NCBI GenBank assembly: GCA_001643675.2
Contig: LSRY02000020.1
Span: 1,240,001-1,304,000 of the forward strand
DNA length: 64,000 bases
Direction of reading: 5' to 3'
Source of the DNA: Monocercomonoides exilis PA203
Lineage: Eukaryota > Protista > Preaxostyla
Positions 35,501 to 45,100 of the stretch are shown here, one piece after another. A program made the translations under genes and the position numbers. Numbering within the stretch: the stretch's first letter is position 1; every line of letters begins with the position of its first letter. The notes under the pieces are model-generated. The model was not told the origin of the DNA and made no database searches. It saw only the letters and a list, made by a program, of their open reading frames with translations.

Positions 35501-38216
35501 TGTATATCGTCGCAACAGAGAGGCGTTCGGTGAGCCAGTTGTAGATCCTGTTGTCATGACACTGCTTTCAAAGCGCCATCGGCCGCGCCGGTCAGAAGTG
35601 ATCGGCCACATTGCTGGGCTGTTAGAGACAGCGTCAGGATGCGAGGTGGTAAAAGTGGCGCTTAGTTCGCGTGAGCCTGAGGTAGGCCACACGTACAAAA
35701 AGGAGATTGACCGCAACGCTTTTGTTGGGCAGAACGAGTGGCAGCAGGTGTCTGTGTCTATTTCGTATGAGAACGCTGCTCTGTTTTTGGAGGAAACGAA
35801 AGGGCGTATGAGGCGTGTGATGACGCTCGACTGCTGCAGCTATGTGGCTCAGAAGGTGCTTGAGCAGTGCGATCGGGATCATCTGACTGCTGTGATCACA
35901 GAAATAGCAGATGACATTTGCGACATTGCGATGCACCCGCTGGGCATGCGTTGTCTGCAGAGAATCGTTGAAGCGTCCGAAGGAGATTTGGACAACCAGA
36001 AGCTGATTGTCGAAGCAGTCCAGCGCAAATGCACGGCATTGGGGCCTCCGTTGATGAGAAAGAATGAATTATTGGCTACTCAGATTGAGCGCGCGAAGCA
36101 AAAGAAGTTCAAGCCAGTGAAAGGGAGAACTGTGGGCGCAAGCACAGCACATGTGACTGAAGGGATCCAGTTTGGAGAGATGACAGTGATAGCGCTTGTG
36201 TGTCACGAGCATGCATCACACGTGATGAAGAAGATGGTGCTGTACTTTGAAGAAGAGATGGTCCAGTTTATCTGCGCTGCTATTGCGCAGTATCTGGGGC
36301 TGGTGGCAGGAGACAGGTTTGGCTGCACGGTGCTTCAGAAGGCGGTGAATGCAGCTGCAAATAAAGTGCACGAGGATTTGGTGTTTGGCATTTTGAGCAG
36401 CTGTGACACGCTGATTGATAGTCCTTTCGGTAATTATGTCCTTCAGCTTGTGATGGCACCCGTTGCAGATGAAGAGGATGAGGGTGCAAGTGAAAAAGAA
36501 GGAGGATGCACAGAAAATTCGACAATAACCAAAAGAAACCAGAGCGAGAAAGTTTATTTTGGTGAAAAATCAAGCTTTGCGAATCGAGAAAAGAGAAAAG
36601 AGAAGCCGGAAGGAGTGAAAGTGAACGAAATTGTGGACATGGAGACGTATCAGATCCTGGTGGACAACATGTTTGAGTATTTTTCTTCGGGCATTTACGA
36701 ATTCTCTGTTGACAAATACTCGTCGAATGTGATCGAGACAGCGCTGGATTCGGCGCCTGACAAGTACCGCATGGAGCTTGTTGAAGCGCTGATACAGACG
36801 GATCAGGCAGGCAAGCTGAGCATGCATTCGTTTGGCAATTATGTCATTCAGGTTGCAGTGGCAGTGGCTACACAGCCGCAAAAGCTGGCACTTGGGCTGC
36901 AATTTGCGGGCTATTATGAAGAATTGAAGAAGACGCAGTATGGAAGAAAGATTATTGTTGAGTGTGGAGTGAGCATACCACAGTACGACATGTTTATGTT
37001 CAATTCGATGGCGAATGGAAACAGCACGAGCAGAAGTTCGGGCGCTTACGAACGAAGCAGCTATGCCAGCGATGCAAGCTATTCATATGAAGGAAATAAT
37101 GAAAGGGCAAGCATGGGGCAGAACAGATTTGGATACAGTGGGGCTGGTGGGTGGAAAAACGGAAATTCGCACGGTAAAAGCAGCAGCTCATATGAGCTTA
37201 AGGTGCATCGTCCAATAAAACTGCCAGATGCAAGGACATACATTCCAATAAGCTCGAAGCAGAATCAAAAGAACGAGCTTTTACCTTCTTCTTCATCTTC
37301 CTCCTCCTCCTCCTCTTCTTCTTCTTTCTCTATATCTTCTTCTGAATCTTGTAATACTTCTTTTAGTTCTTTCTTAAATCCTCACGAATGTTCTTCGCCT
37401 TCTTTCACTCAGCTGAAAGACGAAGATTGCAATGATACTTATTCTGAATCTCTGCTTCATAACAGAGCAAAGGAAGTGCAAGAAGAGTCTGCGTTTCCTA
37501 TTGACGGTTCGAATGAACTGTTCTCTTCCGAAATGCTTGAAAGCGCCAATCATGAAAGCCCTGCCTCTGCTTGCTGCTCACCTTCTGCTTTCACTTCTCC
37601 CGTTTCTTCGTCTCTTTTCACGCTATGCGCACCAAATTCATCCACGCTATCACCTGCATTGACATCTTCCTCTTTAACTTCTTCTGCACAGACTTCAACA
37701 CCAAAATCAAAATCAGCATCTGCATCGATGTCTTTCTCTTCAGCATTTCCTTCTTCGCCGTTGCAATCTTCATCCTCCTCATCAACAGCTATGTTAACAG
37801 CAACAACACAAGCTTCTTCTTTCTCTTCTTCTGCGCTGAACTCTGCTTTGTCTTCTTCGTCACGTGAAAAATCCCAATTGTCTAATACTGAATCAAGTTT
37901 TCAAAGATCTCCCTCTCTTCGTCCAGCCTCGCTTCAAGCGCAGTCGCTTTTTCGTTCAGAAACACCAGCCACAACATCTTCTCTCCGTGGCTATCGCTCG
38001 CAGTATGCTGACCATCTTCTCCAGCCTTCACACACTTCTCGGATTTCTTCGACTGTTTCATATCCTTCTGTGAGTGTTCGGGACTTACCTTTCAGCACCT
38101 TGTCAACCACTTTTGTTTCGCCGTTAGATAGTTTCAAGAAGCAAAAGACTTATTATTCACCCCGCACCAACTTCTCAAATTGGGAGCAAGACAAAAATTC
38201 CTCCACTCGAAGATGA
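29547..38216 (+). CDS. Very large Pumilio/PUF RNA-binding protein with ~2000-aa Ser-rich disordered N-terminus
   Basis: 2889-codon ORF. PUF repeats at about 35590-36965 include FGCTVLQKAV, FGNYVLQ, DKYSSNVIE, FGNYVIQ and YGRKI. The true start is uncertain because the ORF begins at TTG. Confidence 0.88.
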   Translation: MNCNVFRIILKEIVSNASIFAKESLSNKVENSENEFKLSRSLSISEYNVSCQNKSASVSPAFKEIFDENPTFHHKQHAIGNVHRSKSLSESPNWSNSFHFDIVTGSKKHHSEKNLLLSMRSYKKIKLTGDGKEDEKCSKFSETDDIIRCKYKIDEIQAQMSSAKKRHNDASIFHRKDTLNGSFFSLSRVSSELIAFNGHISSGKQCRKPSTRDCKSFSPSMLPLSINNWTFSKGCSLSKPLHSKRCKSEKENVQFPSLVRSCSHQHSFSLRTSKTTSSGPLPKLLHSSLECLHLNNEQEKSRSVCEIGSKEKQEDIITRCNSMSNFDNTKVKRSVRTDLFDEPDDSSKNSVNSSILIPYFTSCRQAVQKEKSCTSSAPVRIPDGSNDCAELNELFPLVNTASHKISNQAYHERLPAEENNNLKEKKVDAANKLAIVSKNNSEAETDLVIENKRRRNQKVQVKKHPLSAPARLVDIYSAGEFPLHICFPLASSSKSGLKDDSVRVCSGRSNMHCGDIEGSKCPVLDSSGFNQSNSMFTNNHSSNDNCVCTDNHICIDNFKNEKHTYTDNVRSEQYDHNYLHKKQCNQHYPMSSANIQKERKLFPNEESPFYANEMSERGEAGEQQIMKQEDSKKCAAFDMFADGHRHHERTHSAFCADRIPAHKIGSEKNSHTFSSLPHWQEKSKTHEGKSESTSNLFASSEANSLLQEMQAIRESYSHKSSSEHHNSLHHRSFNDTKSEGFGNRGDKKSMCSQLTSRSDGQLDPSATSSKCSQFGLQASPSENDKKKSQKKSYQLNQDTKSENGLTCVSRVISLAKCSSEASFCTFHGSSSAECLSSGSSLDVCPSSQTPTLETSSPNVTVSASATTSADALPSSSSSSSQSIKPSTILTDRLPIEEDTCKKGGSHIKHNPSTHFTHFTHSTHDTHNTHNTHNTHNTHNTHNTRNTHKSTKQSQQEDKQSFHKSLIEPLSPANKPSSKSSITSDSASVSSTSSGVSSSLSSHTSSSSSSGSIFESAARVSVSPSITSSSESSTVSSSSSSSSSSSSSSSVSSSDSSDTQSDTSSLFSSSAWAENEDHAASTIQDISKQMNNNFVQKNANVPKEFEANLAKDIYFQQQQQSWQKGVPLTGQSNPGKTVSLPPFRVSSPTSSSAMQVAPSFSGSYSDLASNSRYNTSLLTASSHSVFVGQPDVNGHFAENSSVPFASKNIESSQPNDLRANSLSPIDSCFPSILLSSSSSSSSSSSFDASAPSGGIYNDSITAVAPAYKNANEKGAEAQHSMSFTHHPVFQAQQVHDIFEPLQFQRLHQNEKLLASSESVSEPFLNPHSFGSNSLAVASSTSSVHPSVNAATNVIVHPSVYSLNSQTGMSEKAALQHDPLTPAASSSLTESQSDNHSIQPMQSTVQPQQILTQANPMLQSSISTPTSSTFSLSSTSSTSSSSISPLTSSSSPSFDISESLLLKAVDAPVFVPSDKHQHFSRLPSFSSSSTSSSSIPSSSLSTPSVSSSPSSASEVQGSSTPQNPTFSSSRTVSFSGSRPTTPLPFRSTTPNYSNFAKSSNDLASTSYKPFVQTGSSFSQSLLASSEPPQNSAVTAFSSPNILMRSMTDASMPSPLLSFSSGSPASNYSSPSFSPFESASSPQLASIFSPVGQSKPFQRAANIQRHQSAIPSRLSQSSSFPSPKLEASSPLSSSSSSSSSPSSSFPMSLQSKRNSLLMENVSFSHLTSSPLLPLSSDSNSFDSSASFEALCSSSSSSSSSSSSSSSLLSSGSTAAASTFPSEPYSLNSSSLSSLSQQDTNLSNSFSDASLPPLIRNLSFARRAYSSSSNTDKSNPSNAHDETSQSTYPVFSSQQKSDAFYGSQNQSLKSPAPPMLPSPLQNNSQATSEIPFVQPQSLNSPIASVGMKTSSASNVTPASGRSTPFQTYPRSSPSPSPYPLRSQMPSQQSRSSLSSVSNTQSSSPQLSSVPPSPFLSSVRPNPALPGTGLVYRRNREAFGEPVVDPVVMTLLSKRHRPRRSEVIGHIAGLLETASGCEVVKVALSSREPEVGHTYKKEIDRNAFVGQNEWQQVSVSISYENAALFLEETKGRMRRVMTLDCCSYVAQKVLEQCDRDHLTAVITEIADDICDIAMHPLGMRCLQRIVEASEGDLDNQKLIVEAVQRKCTALGPPLMRKNELLATQIERAKQKKFKPVKGRTVGASTAHVTEGIQFGEMTVIALVCHEHASHVMKKMVLYFEEEMVQFICAAIAQYLGLVAGDRFGCTVLQKAVNAAANKVHEDLVFGILSSCDTLIDSPFGNYVLQLVMAPVADEEDEGASEKEGGCTENSTITKRNQSEKVYFGEKSSFANREKRKEKPEGVKVNEIVDMETYQILVDNMFEYFSSGIYEFSVDKYSSNVIETALDSAPDKYRMELVEALIQTDQAGKLSMHSFGNYVIQVAVAVATQPQKLALGLQFAGYYEELKKTQYGRKIIVECGVSIPQYDMFMFNSMANGNSTSRSSGAYERSSYASDASYSYEGNNERASMGQNRFGYSGAGGWKNGNSHGKSSSSYELKVHRPIKLPDARTYIPISSKQNQKNELLPSSSSSSSSSSSSSFSISSSESCNTSFSSFLNPHECSSPSFTQLKDEDCNDTYSESLLHNRAKEVQEESAFPIDGSNELFSSEMLESANHESPASACCSPSAFTSPVSSSLFTLCAPNSSTLSPALTSSSLTSSAQTSTPKSKSASASMSFSSAFPSSPLQSSSSSSTAMLTATTQASSFSSSALNSALSSSSREKSQLSNTESSFQRSPSLRPASLQAQSLFRSETPATTSSLRGYRSQYADHLLQPSHTSRISSTVSYPSVSVRDLPFSTLSTTFVSPLDSFKKQKTYYSPRTNFSNWEQDKNSSTRR
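32283..32390 (+). repeat. 9-bp tandem repeat (ACTCACAAC)n encoding (THN)n in the PUF protein
   Basis: Direct read. Confidence 0.9.
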
Positions 38217-38307
38217 TGGTGAGTTGCGTTGCACGTGGTTTTGTTATTATATTATTAATCATTCCTATTTATTTTACATTTTTTTTTTTTTGCTATTTTG
38301 AGAATTG

Positions 38308-38326
38308 GTGTGTGTGTGTGTGTGTG
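38308..38326. repeat. (GT)n microsatellite in PUF 3' region
   Basis: gtgtgtgtgtgtgtgtgtg. Confidence 0.85.
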
Positions 38327-39691
38327 AAAGAATAAGTGAATGGTTGATTGTGAATGCGTTTATGCGCTCGATAGTTTTGACCGGCTTTTGCCTACTTGCG
38401 TGTTTTTTTACAATCTTGTTTTAAAAGCAAGCTCCACATCAGAGAGATTTAGTATCAGTATATTATTATCGTTATGTTAAGTTGAATTGCACTATTTCTT
38501 TGCACGTTATTAGACTTACTCGTGTTTATTGTTTGCTTTGTTGCTATTCTTAAAGTTTTATTGTTTTTTTATTTCATGGTTCTTTTATTTCGTTTTCAGA
38601 AACCTAAGTGATTTCTTTTTCATTTATTAATATTAATAATAATAATAATATTATCATAGTTTATTTTCTTTATTATTTTATGTTCACTTTTTTGTTTCAT
38701 TCTTATCGTTTATATTTATCTTTTAAAGTCGTGAATGCGATAGCAATTTGCAATTATCATAATTTCTTATAAAAATTTTTCAATACCGCAAACTAATTTA
38801 ACATTGTAGTCATATCGTTATTATTTATTTATTTTTTTCAAAATGAATGCGAAAAAACAAAAAATACTCACAAGTTGTATTCGAAAAAGAAACTTACATC
38901 GATTTTTCTCATTGTTTATGAAACGTTTAATGTTCAACACTTTTTTATATTGTTCGAAGAAAAGCCAAAGAGTTTAACAGTAGCAAAACAGAAAGTGGAG
39001 ATTTGTTTTCTTGCTGAATTTTAAAATTAAAACAAAATAAAGCCTTTTGAAAGCGAAATTTACCATTCAAGGTGAATCTTTATTTTGCGCATTTTTTCCT
39101 TTTGTGTCAAATCATCAATAATTAATTTAGAGAGACTCATTTTCTGTTGAATAAAAAAAATTCTTGAGAAGATGTTATCAGTCAATTAAATTAGTATTAG
39201 CTTTTGTACAATTTATACTTTTCATTATTTTTATTCAAACAACGCTTGGCTTCCAGAATATTTTTTTTCTAATTTTTCTTCTTATCACCCATCCAAATAG
39301 AACTTTGTGTTTTTTCCAATGGCATGTTTGATCTGATATTAATTTGAAATTTTTACAATGGCAGGTTTTCCTTTAATTTAACATTATTATCGAGCATTAA
39401 ATATATTTTTTGCATTCAACATATATTTTTTAATTATTTTCGCGTGTGTTTTATGAAGATATCGTTCTACCAAAGGTTTGCAAACCTGCTTTATTTTAAA
39501 ATTTATTTCGATATTCTAATAATATTTTACGATGCGATTTTATTTATTTATTATTATTTTAATTTGTTAATAAATTATCTTTGCGTTTATTTTCTTTATT
39601 TCAGGGTAATGGCAAGACGCTTGGTACATAGCCATTTTTTATTAAAAATTGTTTTTTCACGGCAATTCTTTTTTGTTCATTTTTTCTGCGT

Positions 39692-41948
39692 ATGACAGGC
39701 GAAATTGAAAAGATAAGTCAAAATATTGAAAATGATGAAAACCAGCAAACTCTTCACGATCTGTCTGAAGCCTTATTTGGACAACAACACTCAACTGAAG
39801 CAATTAGGACTGCTCTCACAGATTTTAAAGGATTTAAAGCTGATTCAAAGGTAGCGTTTCATTTGATTCAAAGATATTCATTATTATTTCATGCACATAT
39901 GTTTTGTTTTTAGTTTGAAACAGATTTAAAAACCAGACTGAAAGGGTTCAAGCAAGATAAATTGAAAAACTGCTTGAAACTTGTGAACCAAGTTTCCGGA
40001 GGACCAAAAGTGTGAAAATCGAGTTATTATATTTCTAAACTTGAAGATGGAAAAAAAATTATCAAAAAATTAAAAAAATTTTTTTCAGGAAGAACAAATT
40101 GAGCGTCTTGTGAAGTTTTTGTCATTTCCCATCGATGGAAAAGTGGTATGCAATGCTTTGTTTTGCTTAGTTTGATGAAGTTATAACTTATAAAATTAAT
40201 AATTAAAGCAACTTCCTGCAAAACCAGCAAAAGAATCGACTCAAGAAACTTCATCAGCTAATCAAAGCGAAAAAACCAAAAAGATGAGGCTTGGAGACGA
40301 AGAGGAGGAAGAAGAGTCAGAAGAAGGAGGAGCAAGTGAGGAAGGTGAAGGTGAAGGTGGAAAGAAAAAGAGAAGAACAAAGAAGAAGAAGGATCCTGAA
40401 GCTCCCGTTCATCCACTTAGTGCATTCTTCCTTTTTGGAAATGATATTAGAGAAAAGGTTTTATATATTTTATTTTATGTTTTTCGTAATACTTCATTCT
40501 TTTATTATTATTTTTTTATAATTATTTTGTAACGATTTATTTCTTTATTATAATTATTATTATTATTATTATTTTGTTTTTAGGTTGTTGCTGAGCTTAC
40601 AGAAAAAAAAGGAGAGAAACCAAAAATTGCTGAAGTTGGATCAGAACTTTCACGAAGATGGAAGGAGTTGGACGAAGAGTCAAAGAAACCATACAATGAA
40701 GATGCAGAAAAAAGGAAGCAGAAATACTTGGAAGAGAAAAAAGCATATGTTGAGTCAGGTTTGTGAATAAATGTTAAGAAAACTAAAAATTTAATAAACA
40801 CGTTTTCTTTCTTTCTTTCCCCATTTTTTTTAACCTTTCATTTGAAACAATTGTAAATTGGCAATAAATTCATAACAGGAAAAGAAGCCGCTTGGAAAAA
40901 AAAGATGGCAGAAGAAGAAAAGCAAGATGATTCTTCAGACGGTGAAGAAGGTGGAAAGAAGAAGAAATCAAAGAAACTGGTTGATCCAAATGCACCAAAG
41001 CATCCAAACAGCGTTTACATTATTTTCGTCACAAAAATGAGGCAAAAGGCGTGCCAGTATTATTTTTATATGCTTTATAATAATTTGCTATTTCTTGTTA
41101 TATTTATGATTTGCTTTTGAATGAAAATTTTCTTCTTGAAAATAAATAAATAACATAAATATCATAACATAACATAATTGCAACATTAATTTTGTGGGAA
41201 ATATAGGTGATTGATGAAATGAAAGGCGGTGATGATGCAGCACACGTAGCTCCCAAAGATATCATGACGAAGATTGGAGAGCTGTGGAGAGCGCTTTCAG
41301 ACTCGGAGAAAGAGGAGTACCAAAAATTGGCTGACGAAGAGAAAAAGAAGTACCAAGCAGAGCTGGAAGAATACAACAAAAGTGACAAAAAGAAAGAATG
41401 GGATAGGAAAATGGAAGAAGAGGAGAAAAAAGCAAAAGAGGCATCAAAGAAGAAGAAAGCAGAAAAAGAAAAGGGGAAAGATAAAGCCAAAACCAAATCG
41501 TCGAAAAGTTCTTCAAAAAAAGAAGAGAAAATTGTGAAAGGAAAAGTTCCATCGCGAGAAATGATGAAAAAAAAGATACAGCAATATTTGGATGAAGTAT
41601 GATGAAAATTAAAAATAAAAATTGTGTAAACTTCAGTTGTTTCTGCATTTTTGATCGATCGTTTTTTGTTGCTCTACCAATTTTCCGAAAAAGATTTCTT
41701 TTTATTTTATTTTATTTTATTTTATTTTATTTTATTTATTTATTTCATTCATGTTGGGATTCATTATTGTATGTTTATTGTTGTTGAAAATTATTTTTTG
41801 TGTTTTTCAGGATCCAGAATTGGAGCAAATCAGTTTGAAGCAATTAAGAAAACGACTGGAAGCCGAATTTGATATTCCTCTTTCTGAGCATAAAGCAACC
41901 ATTGAAGCTGTCGTTACAGAAATTACAAGCGCAGATTCCGATGAATAA
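39692..41948 (+). CDS. DEK-family chromatin protein: SAP-like N-terminus, two HMG boxes, DEK_C domain; 8 exons
   Basis: LHDLSEALFG...TDFKGF...LKNCLKLVNQVSGGPKEEQIERLVKFLSFP (DEK SAP region); KDPEAPVHPLSAFFLF...LSRRWKELDEESKKPY and DPNAPKHPNSVYIIF...IGELWRALSDSEKEEY (HMG boxes); ISLKQLRKRLEAEFDIPLSEHKATI (DEK_C). Confidence 0.85.
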
Positions 41949-42229
41949 ATTTTCGTAAAAGCATTTAATAGTGATTTCATTTGTATGTGTACTGTTTATT
42001 ATGATTCCATATTTTAATGGACATTACTTTAAACTCAAAAATGAAAAACAGTGAATTATCATTTAGAAAAAATTTTACATTTCTATTTTAAAGTTATTTC
42101 AATTCACATCACAAAATATATTGCACATTTGGGAAAAAACAATGTGATTTTTCATTATTGAAATAACATAAAAATAAAATTTAATTTTTGCCAATAAGAT
42201 TTCTTTTTGAAGCCTTTCACATTTTTATA

Positions 42230-42442
42230 ATATGGCTGATCCTTTTTGAAATCATACTTTTGTTCGAGTTTTGATCAAAATTCTATTCTCAATGGGATTT
42301 TGAAAAAAAGAACTTCAACAGTTAATTCATTCAGCATATGATGATATTACAAAGAAAATAAATTATATCCTAAATCCCTTTGAGAATAAAATTTTGATCA
42401 AAATTCGAACGAAAGAATGATTTAAAAAAGGAACAGCCATAT
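42230..42442. mobile_element. MITE family B with ~70-bp imperfect TIRs
   Basis: ATATGGCTGATCCTTTTTGAAATCAT...GGGATTT pairs with AAATCCCTTTGAGAAT...GGAACAGCCATAT. Confidence 0.8.
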
Positions 42443-42714
42443 ATGGGGGGAAATATAAACTTTCAAGCTTTTTTTGCGCAAAGCACAAAAAAATGTTTCA
42501 CTCACAACATAACAAAACTCTCTCAAATATCAAAATAAAAAGGATTCTGATATCCATAAACAGGAATAATTGATTTCATGACACAATGTTTTGTGGCATC
42601 ACAAATATTACAAAAAAGAAAGAAAATTTACTTGGATTTTTTGATCAATATAAGACTATAAAAAGTGCATAATTTTCAATGAAAATGCTTGAAGTGACAT
42701 ATTTTTCCCCATAT
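42441..42714 (+). mobile_element. MITE family A, copy 3
   Basis: ATATGGGGGGAAATATAAACTTTCAAGCTT...ATTTTTCCCCATAT. Confidence 0.85.
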
Positions 42715-42828
42715 TTCATCGAAAACTACGTTTCATGCATTTCATTATTATTATTATGATAATTTTGTTTTGTTTCGTTTTGTTTCGTTTTATTTTATTT
42801 TATTTTATTTTATTTATTTTTTTTTTTT

Positions 42829-43893
42829 TAGTGGAGTTTTTTATCCGGACATTTTTTTTATCCGGACAAAAAGTTAAAATTTAAATATCTCAACAATTAT
42901 TCAATATTAATTTCCAGCAATTTGCACAGTTGTATGTTAGCATATATGACATCGATTCATATACAAAATTTTCATAGCAGTGTTGTATAATTTTTGAAAT
43001 AAATAATTTTTATTTTTGAAAATCCGACTTTTGATGAATTTTTCTATTTTAATAAGATGATTTGGTTCGTCTTTTATTCATAGTAATTAATTTTTCTATA
43101 TTGAAAATTATTCTGGTTATTTTTTATTTTCCACAATTTGCTCTTTCTAATGGAATGAAAATCTGTCATTTTTGAAAAATTTTTGTTAATGGGACAACTT
43201 AAAAAATATTTTTCATTAAATGCAGGACCATCGAACAAAAACAAACACATACATTAATTAATATAACAGTTATATAAAATTACTGAGTAGTTGTCATTCA
43301 AAATGTTTCAATGTTTGTCTTTGAAAACAAATAAAAATAGAAATAATTTCTAATCGATTTGTGATATTTATCATTTATGGATGTTAATCAATTTGTTGAA
43401 ATAAATATTGAAACATTTTGAATGACAACTACTCAGTAATTTTATATAACTGTTATATTAATTAATGTATGTGTTTGTTTTTGTTCGATGGTCCTGCATT
43501 TAATGAAAAATATTTTTTAAGTTGTCCCATTAACAAAAATTTTTCAAAAATGACAGATTTTCATTCCATTAGAAAGAGCAAATTGTGGAAAATAAAAAAT
43601 AACCAGAATAATTTTCAATATAGAAAAATTAATTACTATGAATAAAAGACGAACCAAATCATCTTATTAAAATAGAAAAATTCATCAAAAGTCGGATTTT
43701 CAAAAATAAAAATTATTTATTTCAAAAATTATACAACACTGCTATGAAAATTTTGTATATGAATCGATGTCATATATGCTAACATACAACTGTGCAAATT
43801 GCTGGAAATTAATATTGAATAATTGTTGAGATATTTAAATTTTAACTTTTTGTCCGGATTAAAAAAAAGTCCTAATAAAAAAAAACTACCCTA
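42829..43893. mobile_element. Foldback element: 453-bp inverted arms (42860-43312 / 43407-43859) with 94-bp spacer
   Basis: The arms read as exact reverse complements; the outer ~30 bp are degenerate with a duplicated TCCGGAC motif. Confidence 0.9.
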
Positions 43894-44299
43894 TTAATTA
43901 AAAAAAATTTTTTTTTGTGACAGAAAAATGATTTTCTTTGTTATATATATACTAAAACAAAACATTTGAACGTGGAGATCATTCATTGTTAAAAAAAAAT
44001 TCAATAAATAACATAATAATTAATTCGCACTCTTTCTAATCTCTATAATAAAATTACATTTTCCTTTCAAAATTATTTTCTTTCAAATTCAGCAATTTCA
44101 TAACATTTAAACTTTGCGTGCACTTTCGTTCTAAACAAAATTTCATTATTTACTGAAGTTGATGATATTTTCGGATCATATAGTTCTTAAATCAGAAATC
44201 CTATCCCACAACTTCATTTGATTTAAAATGATCTGATATATACATTGGAAAAGGTGTTCGTGAGCAACGAACAACGTCTCACAGTCGTCATAAATCCAT

Positions 44300-45100
44300 A
44301 TGAGAAACGATATTGATTCGATGAGTAATTGCGTATCTGACAGATTGGAAATGAACAAGTGGATAGGATATAGTGGAACTTTTGGCGATCATGATGGAAG
44401 AACAAAGGCAATGCAATATATCATCAACGCCAAAGCTGAACCTCCAGAAAGGATGAGACATGATGTTACTCTTACTGATGATAACGGATGGACAATGGCA
44501 ATGATATGGATAATATATATCAAAACAGAGCCACCGGAGTGGATGAGACACAAAGTTACATTGTGTGATGTACATGGGTGGACAATGGCAATGCATTGGA
44601 TTCAATTTGTACAAACAGAACCTCCAGAGTGGATGAGGCATGATATTATTCTTGGCGAAAAGAATAAAAGAACAATGGCAATGACATGGATCAAATATGT
44701 AAAGATAGAACCACCAGAATGGATGAGACATGACAAAACGCTTGCTGATAGCAGAGGATGGACAATGTCCATGTACTGGATAACATTTGTGAAAACAGAT
44801 CCACCAGAATGGATGAGGCATGACATTACTCTTGTTGATAGCAAAGGAAGAACAATGGCTATGTTCTGGATTGAATATGTGAAGACAGATCCACCAGCAT
44901 GGATGAGGCATGGAATCACAAAAAAAGGAGGTATTTGGGAACGAACAATGGCCATGATATGGGTTGAATATGTCAAAACTGAACCTCCTGAATGGATGAG
45001 ACATGACATCACGGTTTGCGATAAGGATGGAGATACAATGGTTGATTATTGGAAAAACAATTTAACAATTGACCCACCAGAATGGATGAAGACAGATTAA
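44300..45100 (+). CDS. Intronless 30-aa tandem repeat protein (D..G.TMAM.WI.YVKTEPPEWMRHD), possibly ankyrin-like
   Basis: 266-aa ORF with 8 PP.WM motifs at 30-aa (90-bp) period and a TAA stop. Confidence 0.8.
   Translation: MRNDIDSMSNCVSDRLEMNKWIGYSGTFGDHDGRTKAMQYIINAKAEPPERMRHDVTLTDDNGWTMAMIWIIYIKTEPPEWMRHKVTLCDVHGWTMAMHWIQFVQTEPPEWMRHDIILGEKNKRTMAMTWIKYVKIEPPEWMRHDKTLADSRGWTMSMYWITFVKTDPPEWMRHDITLVDSKGRTMAMFWIEYVKTDPPAWMRHGITKKGGIWERTMAMIWVEYVKTEPPEWMRHDITVCDKDGDTMVDYWKNNLTIDPPEWMKTD

Noticed and set aside
39608-39636. Short hairpin AATGGC...GCCATT upstream of DEK as ncRNA or SECIS
   Set aside because: The stem is too short and lacks diagnostic motifs.
44288-45012. Antisense ORFs of 238 and 136 aa
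   Set aside because: They mirror the 90-bp repeat of the plus-strand gene.
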